Shown: piece by piece, positions 51,591 through 64,000 of the stretch
How the letters are laid out: each line of letters opens with the position of its first letter
Position numbering within the stretch: the stretch's first letter is position 1
Assembly: GCF_009914755.1 (NCBI RefSeq)
Contig: NC_060926.1
Length of the DNA: 64,000 bases
Reading direction: 5' to 3' (one strand)
Source: the human T2T-CHM13v2.0 reference genome, Homo sapiens
Program-made: the position numbers and the translations under genes
Notes under the pieces: generated by a model
Seen by the model: only the letters and a program-made list of their open reading frames with translations
Databases searched by the model: none
What the model was told of the DNA's origin: nothing

Positions 51591-51714
51591 GTGGGAGGAT
51601 CGCCCCGACTTCCTGACCGTGGAGCAGCGCATGCGAGCCTGTTACTACAGCCTGGCCAGCAAGGTGGAAGGGCCCCCAGGCAGCACACAGAAGGCTGAGG
51701 CTGCCTGTGCCTGA
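51591..51714 (+). CDS. ZAP70: ZAP70 exon 14 coding part
   Basis: [43 protein letters not shown]; total CDS 1860 nt (619 aa). Confidence 0.98.
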
Positions 51715-52054
51715 GCTCCCGCTGCCCAGGGGAGCCCTCCACGCCGGCTCTTCCCCACCCTCAGCCCCACCCCAGGTCCTGCAGTCTGGCTGAGCCCTGC
51801 TTGGTTGTCTCCACACACAGCTGGGCTGTGGTAGGGGGTGTCTCAGGCCACACCGGCCTTGCATTGCCTGCCTGGCCCCCTGTCCTCTCTGGCTGGGGAG
51901 CAGGGAGGTCCGGGAGGGTGCGGCTGTGCAGCCTGTCCTGGGCTGGTGGCTCCCGGAGGGCCCTGAGCTGAGGGCATTGCTTACACGGATGCCTTCCCCT
52001 GGGCCCTGACATTGGAGCCTGGGCATCCTCAGGTGGTCAGGCGTAGATCACCAG

Positions 52055-52060
52055 AATAAA
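52055..52060 (+). terminator. ZAP70: ZAP70 polyadenylation signal
   Basis: AATAAA about 340 nt after the stop, followed by U/GU-rich and G-rich downstream elements. Confidence 0.9.
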
Positions 52061-52439
52061 CCCAGCTTCCCTCTTGTCTGAGCGCCCTCATCTTTTCCGG
52101 GGTGAGGGTAGGTGTCAGGGGAGGGGTGGGTTATGAAAAGTGCATGGAGGTGACTGTTCTTGTGTGGACTGAGCCTGGAAGTGACCCCTGGGAAGATGGG
52201 GCTGGGTCCCACTCTCCACCCTAGGGACACCTTCATGTGAGTGAGCGGCTGGGGTGGAGTGGGGAACCTGAGGCCAGGCGGGTGTGGGCCCAAGGGCTGC
52301 GTGCCTGGCTGAGCCCAGCTCCCCTGTGTGGAGATGAGTGTGCCCCATGCCAGGTGCACGTTAGGATCACCTGGAGCTATTTTAACAAACGCTAACCCCC
52401 CCTCCCCCATCCAGCTGGGGTCTTCACCCCCCCAGGGGT

Positions 52440-52835
52440 GCCTTGCAAATCATGAGATACAATGCTTTTCATTGGTAGATGCACGTATTAGCTCCCGTAT
52501 GAACCGTATTACTGAATTTGAATCTGAAAAATACCAAAATGCAAACATTGTTTTTAAATTAATTGTTTTAAAAGCTAATGAACGAATTAAGACAAATTGC
52601 ATCAATTTAGTGGTTTCTTAAATCGTGGTTTGCAGGTAGTTCAGTTTTATTAAAATTCATTTGTGAGTCGCTGAACGACTTACATTATGTAAAATATATC
52701 AGACAGTAAATGAATTGTGGCTTTCATTGCCTTTTGGTCATCATTATGTTTCATGTCATCATTATTGATGAAAGTAATCTTATTTTATAAGAAGGAGGCA
52801 TTAAAAAATGGGTGTCAAGTACATTGGGAACGCTA
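52440..52835. mobile_element. AT-rich island, possibly an old hAT-type DNA transposon fragment
   Basis: Abrupt AT-rich block in GC-rich context; its end resembles hAT-Tip100 termini from memory. Family not confirmed. Confidence 0.35.
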
Positions 52836-53038
52836 ACAGACCCACCAGAGATGTCCGCTGAGGAACCAACGAAAGAGGGTGCAGTTCCGCAGAGCACTCT
52901 CCAGGTGGCGATGTTTCCAGAGGCCGAGGCCAGCTGGGGTCAATCCCGCCCTCACTGCCTGCTTCACCTCTGCACGTCTCCTTTTCCGCTAGCAGCACGA
53001 CCTCAGGCCCTCACCTCCAGGTCCCCATTCCTGTCCCC

Positions 53039-53467
53039 TGTTGGGGTGATCAGACCCAACACCAGGTCGTGGGGGTGACAAAGTCCGGCAGAGTCAAAGG
53101 ATTGAGAAAAAGACAGTTTGAGAGATAAAAGTGGGACACCAGGGGGTCATCGCCATCATGGAGGCTGCGAAGACCCTGAGCTCTGGGAGCCCACGGTATT
53201 TATTTGTAATCCAACAAAGAAACAGGTGGTGAGAATGTGGCTGTCAAAAGGACACGTTGCATTAAGCACATGATTTACAGCTGTGATGGTTTAGCTTTTC
53301 TACGGAACATGTTCTGCTACTTGAGATAATGGGAATACAATCGATCTAGGAGCCTAGGAAGGCTAGAAGCAAGGAGCCAGCAAGTCTAGACACGTTCCAG
53401 AGGCCATTATTTCAGTCATGCAAGCCCCATCTCAGTTTCCCTCCCAACACTCAGCTTTTTCCCAACA
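53039..53467 (-). mobile_element. Solo ERVK-class LTR (LTR3-like, HERV-K HML-6)
   Basis: 429 bp, TGTTGGG...CCCAACA inverted termini, 6-bp TSD GTCCCC (53033-53038 and 53468-53473); minus-strand AATAAA near 53200. Confidence 0.88.
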
Positions 53468-53597
53468 GTCCCCTGGAAGGTGCTTGCAGGATCTTTTCTC
53501 TTGGCGGCTCTGACCAAGCCCCTTCACCCTCCTCCAGGGTTTCCAGCGCCCACGCGGACTCCCCTCTGGGCCTCTGCATTCACCGCTGCCGCTGCCT

Positions 53598-53794
53598 GGA
53601 AAGCTCTCCCCGTCCCCACCGGTGATGTCCCCTAGGAAAGCTCCCCGTCCCCCGGGGTGATGTCCCCTAGGAAAGCTCCCCGTCCCCTCCCGGGTGATGT
53701 CCGCTAGGAAAGCTCCCCGTCCCCCCCAGGTGATGTCCCCGAGGAAAGCTCCCCGTTCCCTCCCGGGTGATGTCCGCTAGGAAAGCTCCCCGCC
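53598..53794. repeat. Minisatellite, ~36-bp unit x 5.4
   Basis: GGAAAGCTCCCCGTCCCC(N)GGTGATGTCCSCTA repeated head to tail. Confidence 0.93.
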
Positions 53795-55552
53795 CAGGCT
53801 CCCTGGGTATGGAGGAGAGGGGCTGAGGGACGCAGTTTCTGATCACTGCTTGCACACCTCCTGTGATGGGCAGCTCATCCATTACCTCTCAACGCAGCCT
53901 GGGCTGGTAAGTGAGTTACAATTCTTAGAAAGGTTTTCCAGCTGCTGACACCAACCTTGACCCCCATTCCCTTTACCGTTCCAAGACCATACAGAGCACA
54001 CCTCTTCTCCAAATATCTCACTCCTCCTCTATTGATCATGTGCCTATTCCAGACGTGTGTCATGAGGCACACAGGCTCAGGGTGATAACCACTGGCATGG
54101 TGGCAGCCCACTGGGCCCTGGAGGTCCAGAGAAGCTCCTGAGCCAGCTGAGAGGGGCCAATCTGGTGGGCTTCCTGTAGGAGGGAACGCCTTAGCTGAGT
54201 TCTGAAGGGTGAGTGACATTTGGTTGGGGACCGTAAAGAAAGTATCCCAGGGAGCAGGAATAGTGTGTAGTGGGAGAGAATGTCCTTCTGGAAACAAAGA
54301 GAGGTTTTGGCGGGGCTGGAAGGCTGAGTTTGGAAATGGGAAGAAAACGCAAGGCCTGGTGCGGTGATCAAGATGGGAGGTCAGTAACATCCTCTTTGTT
54401 TCATATTTCCTGACTCCTTGGCCAGGAAGCAACTAACATCTCCATCTACCAGGTCCACGGCTTCCTAGCATTGGGTTTTACCATTTTAAAAACATTTTTT
54501 AATTTTAGATGGGAAAAATATCTTATTGTGTAAATTAAGACAAATTAGCATTTCTCTTGTAAGTGGCGAAGTTGAGCAGTGTTTTCAGATGTGCGCCAGC
54601 TTGACAGATGCCACCTCTTGCTGTGAACGTCTCATGGCCTCATGCCCAGCACAGAGCTCGCACCTTCTCAGGCCCCATCCTCTGCTCTGAGCAAAAGGCC
54701 AAGGGCGTAGGCTGCCCTGTGGCCACATGGGTGAGGATATGGTGAATCAGTTTCCTGTTCTGCTTCCATTCACCTTTTGTCCCTTCAGGGTTTCAAATTT
54801 CTCTCTTCTCTGTTGGAGGCTGGGGTCCCATGTGCCTGTAGCTTTGTCCTTGTCTGAGGTATCTCTGAGCTCAAATTAGAGGGCTGTGAAGCCCCAGGAA
54901 GGTATTTGTGGGAGGCAATTCTGATGTGCTGGGTGCCTCGAACACACAACTTCCTGTTTAATTCTCAAAACATCTGCCTGGGGTGGGGACTCTTGAACCC
55001 ATTTTACAGTTGAGGAAACCAAGGCTCTGAGGACTTGGTTTACAGACCCAACATGCCCACTATCCCAAGGCCAATATGTAAGAGGCAACTCTATTGGCAG
55101 CTTTTCTGGGCTTCATTTAACAAACTCCTCTGTAGACATTAAGGTTCTGTTTAATTCATGTTCTAGAGGACAGAGGTTGTTAGCTCTCCATCTTGAGGCA
55201 AAACTCTTTGTCCCACCCTGCCCAATCAAGGCATGGAAGCCCTGTTTCTCATCTAGGAAGGGGCTGTGGTGTTCAGCTCAGCACCAACCTTATACTTCAG
55301 GGAGAGAAATGGGAAAGAAAAAAAGGGAGAAGAAAGCACATACATTCATCCTCCTCGGAACCAAACTCCTGAGTTAGGCCTTGGTTCTGGCTCCGTGGCT
55401 GCCACTAAAATCCCATGTGGCCTTGTTAAATCCCTCCCACCTCTGGCTCTCCACTTCCGCTTCTGTGGAGTTTTTATTCTAGCAATGAAACTTTTCACAT
55501 ATGAGCTCCTGGTTCTTTCTTATATCTGCCTGCTTTTGTCTCATAGTCTCCT

Positions 55553-55851
<299 letters not shown>

Positions 55852-56934
55852 TCCTGTTCTTGTTTATGGCTGTTATTCCCTTCTTTATCTCTTTGAGTTT
55901 TTAATATATTTATTGCAAAATTCTTTTAAGGTTGCACTATTATTCTCTATTTCCTCAGACGTAAATTCTTCCAGTTGGGGAGTTTGTGGAAATTTCATGA
56001 AGTGGTTGTGAATCCATTGTCTCTTCAGAATATTTCTTGCATGTGTATCTTGTAAGGGCTGTATATGAGAGCCTGTGCTCTTGGCTTCATACATTAGGGG
56101 GCCCTGCATTGGTACTAGCCTCCTAATGGGTAGGTGGTGGGGGGCTTCAACCCTTGTCTCTGGGCATCTCTGCAGTGGTCTCTTGTATACCTGGTATTTT
56201 CCTGTCATTGCTAAGTGTTTGAAGAATGGTTTCTATGTGTACTTGGTCTGCCATCTTGAATGAAAGTCCAATTTCACCATCTGTAAACATTTCACAGATG
56301 AGGCACCGGAAGTTCAGGGAGGTGGCCTGACTTGCCCCAGTCCACACAGCTAGGAGGGAGAATTTGAACCCAGCGAAACCCTATCCACTCCCCGCTCCTC
56401 GGCAGGCCCTGGCCCGGTGCTCCCCTCAGCTCTGACTCATTGCTAGCTCTGCATTCCCTGGACACCTTCTTCCTCAGAGAGCTGGGAGAATGGCCTCTAC
56501 CCTGTAGACACGCTAAATAAACTCAAAATTTTGTTCTGGTGGACGAAGTGAAAAAAACCAAAACTGGCAGATTAGCTCGGTATAATATGACAAGGCCCTG
56601 GACTCTGCAGTCTGGCTGTGAGACCTCAGGGAGGTTACTTAACCTTGGGGAGCTTCAGTCTTCTCATTTGTCACATGGTGATAATAACTGTGTTTACCTT
56701 TCTGAGTAGTGATGTGAAGTGAAACAATGCATTAGTTTAGCACTTAGTAGCTGCTTATTAAATATTACTTCCTTCCATGGAGGAAAGCAAACTGGGGATG
56801 GGGCCAGGGGAATGTGATAGCTGATCCATCAAATTCCTGAAAGGTTTCATGGGCCAGAGGGAGGAGAGCTTCTCCATGGTCTGAAAAAGAGAACAGAGAA
56901 TAACAGGGAAGGATCCAGGGAAGGTGACACAGCT

Positions 56935-59980
<3,046 letters not shown>

Positions 59981-60028
59981 ATCCTGCTGTCAGAAGAGTG
60001 TCTATTGGACCTGGCCTGTACTGGCACG

Positions 60029-60068
<40 letters not shown>

Positions 60069-61167
60069 ATTGGTGACTGGCCGAGCCATCTGTTGTGAAG
60101 ATGGCTGCTTTGTAGTGTGGAAGGCTGTGGGCAGGACATGTCTGCCAACTCTAATGCAGACACTTCCCAGGAACTAATGACTATTAGTCTTTGTAATGCA
60201 TCTTGAAGCCAAGTGTCTAGATTTTAAAACCCCAGTGTGGGAAACACTGACGGTGAAATTTCCCAAGTAACGGGTGGCCTGTACCTAATCCACAAGGATA
60301 GAGTGATAGGCATGTGGCTTCTCTGCCTGACTCTCCATGTCTGTGTGGTGTAAAATATCTCACCTGAGGCCATGTTTCTTACCTGTTGAAAGTTTATTAG
60401 CACAGGGCAATGGCTACATTAGGAATATTTATTCACAATGTTGATGATGGGGCTAAACCCAGAATGGTTGGGGAAAACCAGTTCCTTATAATCGATGTGT
60501 TGGTACAGTATTTATAATAAATGATTAAAAACTGTTAATCCACTTGGCAAGTTTAAAGCAGGTTTTCTTTGATCAAGAAGAAGCTCTATTTTGTTTTTTT
60601 TAAGAAGTCATGGCTCTTCCTTCTCTCTGTAATTTCGTATTGGTCTGATTTTCATCAGGCGAGGAGGCAACAGGCTGGTGGCTATGAAGAGTCCGTTCTG
60701 CTTCCCCGCCTGCCATGGGCTGGGCTAGTGAACTGCAGGGGTGTTCTCCATGGAGCAGAAGAACCAGGGTCTTTCTCACTTATGATGCTGCTAGACTGAC
60801 CCCTGGTGGCCTCTGTGCTGCGACTGGCTGCGTGAGGCCAGGTGCGGGTTCTGGGCCATCCCCTCACTCCCTGTTCACTGCCATATGCTAGCTGGGCGGG
60901 GTTCCCTCCCACTCAGGGTGTTCTCAATGGGGCACCTACCCAGCATGCACTCTCCAAGGTTCCCGCCACCTCTAAAAGACACTGGATTCTAATTTTATAA
61001 AACGTACAGCACCGTAGCACTGTAAGGCCAAATTCTAGTTTCCATATATAGCTTCCCATAACATTGCTCCTGAAAGCGGAGCCACAGGCTTTCCCTCCCG
61101 TGGGAGGCCATGAGCCCGGGGCTGATTGCGGATCTCATGTGCTCTTCTTAGGTCCGTGACGGTTTAG

Positions 61168-61524
<357 letters not shown>

Positions 61525-63836
61525 TGACACTTCCTATTTTTACAAAAGGCACAGACTAATAGCACGCATAGTGCGCTGTCTGTGTGGGAAAGGAGGGAGA
61601 TGGGAGTGCTTTTCCCAAAAGGACGTTTATAGAGCAGGGACAAGGGAATGATGGCAATAGGTCTTTCTAGGCAGCAGCAAGCCCTGCTGGCTTTGGAGTT
61701 CCGGGTGGGCAATGACTGTCAGGGGTCAGGTCTGTGAGAGTTGCTAGGAGCATGCATTCTGCAGAAGCGGGAGGGGACTGACGGCAAAGGAATTAAGTTA
61801 CAGAAGGATCCTGAATGCATGAAAATTTGCAGCCCCACATTGCCTTAACTGGAAAAGGAGGTGGTGCTTTGTGGGCATAGGAATCTGATGCAGCCTCCTC
61901 TCCCTGCTGCAAAATATCTGGCTGGGAGGAATGGTCCAAATCCAGTCCCTCTAAGAACCTTGTCCCTGGACATGCTGCCGCAGTTCTGCTGAGAGGCGGG
62001 GCTGAGGCAAACGGGAGCCCAGGCTGGCGGTGGACCCAGTGGTGAGGGTGGGAGGGATGAGGGCGTGGGAGGAGGGGCCCCAGGCAGTGGCAAGGAGCTC
62101 AGGAGGCTCCAGATTGGTGGCCTCATGCCCCCTGCCAAATGAGTTCCATCCCCATCAGGAAGTTGCCATTTCTAGGGGTTTAACACTGGGAAATGTCTTT
62201 GGAATACCACAGTAACAGACAATAGGAAGTGCTACCACTTATTTATTTGGCCTCATGTTTCACACCATCCTCCTGAGGATGTTTGTTTTGCATATAGGGA
62301 AACTGAGGCTCTGAGAGGGGCAGAGTGTGCCCAAGGGCCATGATCAGTAAATGGCAGAGCCAGGACTGGAACCCAGGCCACACTCATCCATGCCACTGCA
62401 CTCATGTGTACACCCAAATGGTCAACGCCCTTCCCCGCAGTGCAGCAGCAACGCACCGCAGTTAAAGCAGCTGGGCTTGTTGCTCCCTGCAGCAAGGGGG
62501 ACCCAAACAACAGTGAGCTGGGGTGTCTCCTAAGAGGGTGTCAGGAAGTAGCAATTGTAGGATGTGGGCCTTGGTTATTAGCTTATTTGGGGGGTGGGTC
62601 TATGGAGTCAGGGGTTTGCTCTGGAGTGGAGGCTGGCTCAAGAGTGTCTAATGAACGCAGTCTATAGTTACACCAGAGTTAACAGTTTTTTCCTGTCTGT
62701 TGTAAAGCGAGTTGTTGAATCGCATGATGAAAGAAATGGTGTGCAGTACCATCTAAAACTCTAGACAGGAGATACTAGCCAACCATTTACAGGTAATTAC
62801 GAGAAACGCAAGGACTGTTAGTCCTCGTAACAGGTCTGCAAGACAAGGGCCTAGAGCGCCTCCAGGTAATGGGCGCATGTTCCAGAAGCCAGCTGGGTTG
62901 GCTTTAGAGGTCAAGGCTTTTTCTAATAGTCACAAACTGTCCTGTTCCCCTGTGGTGTTTTTCTAGGTATAAAAAAGGAGTATTTGTTATGGCATGACCT
63001 GTCCCTTTGCTGGCTAAGAGGAAAATAAAGCTTATATGACTGTCCTTGATAACTCTAAAGAATGGACTTAGATTAGTCGGTTGGACTTTCAGAGCAGAGT
63101 GGTCTCGTTTATGGCTTCAGCTAAAATTACCAACTAGTTTTGAACTCTCTCTCTAGTCGTTTTATTCCTTTGGTGGGAACTGGAGTTTGCAGAGTATGCA
63201 TGAAGAGCAAATCAAGGATCGCTACTGGAAGGTTTTGGAATCATCTATGATAATTTTACGCTGGATTGCTGGGTATTCTTTCAAAGAATGGATTACTGGA
63301 GACGTGGGTGTTGTAAATATCTGAACATATCTAACCACTCTGAATATACATGAGTGTGTGGCAGACCAATATAAGCCTGACATGGGCTAATAAGATGTAG
63401 TGTCCCACTGAAGCACAGATCGTATGGGGAGCATATTATTATAATAGCAATAAATTTCGTGTCTTTGTGTGCCTTTTGTACAGAAGCTGTAGATCACGTA
63501 GAGGCGGGTGTGTTTTGGATATACTGTATAGTTCATATTTATGTTGAGATAAAGCTGGAAATAAAATGTAATCATGTAGAATCTAAGATGGGATGAAGCT
63601 TCAAACTGTATACAGTGGCATGTTATGAATTCATAAGAAGCAACATGGGACCTAGAGGTGGTTGATCGTATAATGCTAATGGTAATTTCTTAAGATGTAG
63701 AATTTTGGAGGTTTCTGAGAGGTATGCTATTTTTAAAAAAATTCCATTAGTTCTGTTTTTCTAGAGGACTGGAGAAAACAAGGACAGTGAAATCTCTGGA
63801 TTAAAGGCACAACTTCAGTGTTTCTTAATAACAGTA

Positions 63837-64000
63837 TGTCTTAGTCCCTTTGTGTTGCTGTAAAGGAACACCTGAGGCTGAGTAATGTGTGAAGAGGTTT
63901 ATTTGGCTCAGGGTTCTGCAGGCTGTAGAGGCAGCAGCATTGGCTTCTGCTGAGGGCCTTGGGCTGGGTGCACTCCTGGTGGAGGTGAAGGAGAGCCCCG
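63837..64000 (-). mobile_element. MST-type MaLR LTR, running off the window end
   Basis: tgtcttagtccctttgtgttgctgtaaaggaacacctgaggctgagtaat...gaggtttatttggctcagggttctgcaggctg. Confidence 0.82.

Noticed and set aside
53598-53794. CRISPR-like appearance of the repeat (also 29521-29737)
   Set aside because: No unique spacers, no cas genes and a eukaryotic context; these are ordinary minisatellites.
60033-60065. Orphan poly-T tract as a possible processed-pseudogene tail
   Set aside because: No clear TSD, and no recognisable mRNA-like or ORF sequence adjacent; at most a heavily truncated retro-insertion.

Overview
Human (primate) genomic DNA. The + strand carries the complete ZAP70 gene: 2 non-coding exons plus 12 coding exons (ATG 36253, TGA 51712-51714, AATAAA 52055). 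I spliced the coding exons by hand and they give 1860 nt = 619 aa, with an intact tandem-SH2/kinase architecture and one GC-AG intron. Upstream on the same strand lie the last five coding exons (1111-15017) of a poorly characterised single-pass membrane protein gene, most likely C2orf92 by synteny. It has its own GC donor and polyA signal. The rest is Alu/L1/L2/MIR/DNA-transposon-rich intronic and intergenic DNA, two minisatellites, and two solo ERV LTRs with intact TSDs that bracket ZAP70 about 1 kb from each end. No new biological system can be demonstrated from the sequence alone. Best leads: apparent decayed exons in the long C2orf92 intron (one split by an Alu); a TCF/LEF-FOXO palindrome at the ZAP70 promoter; a kappaB/NFAT-like VNTR downstream of ZAP70; a 160-codon in-frame open intronic extension of the ZAP70 N-terminus; and an atypical ~1.05 kb segment near the window end. 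Repeat boundaries and family names are from memory and approximate unless a TSD is quoted.
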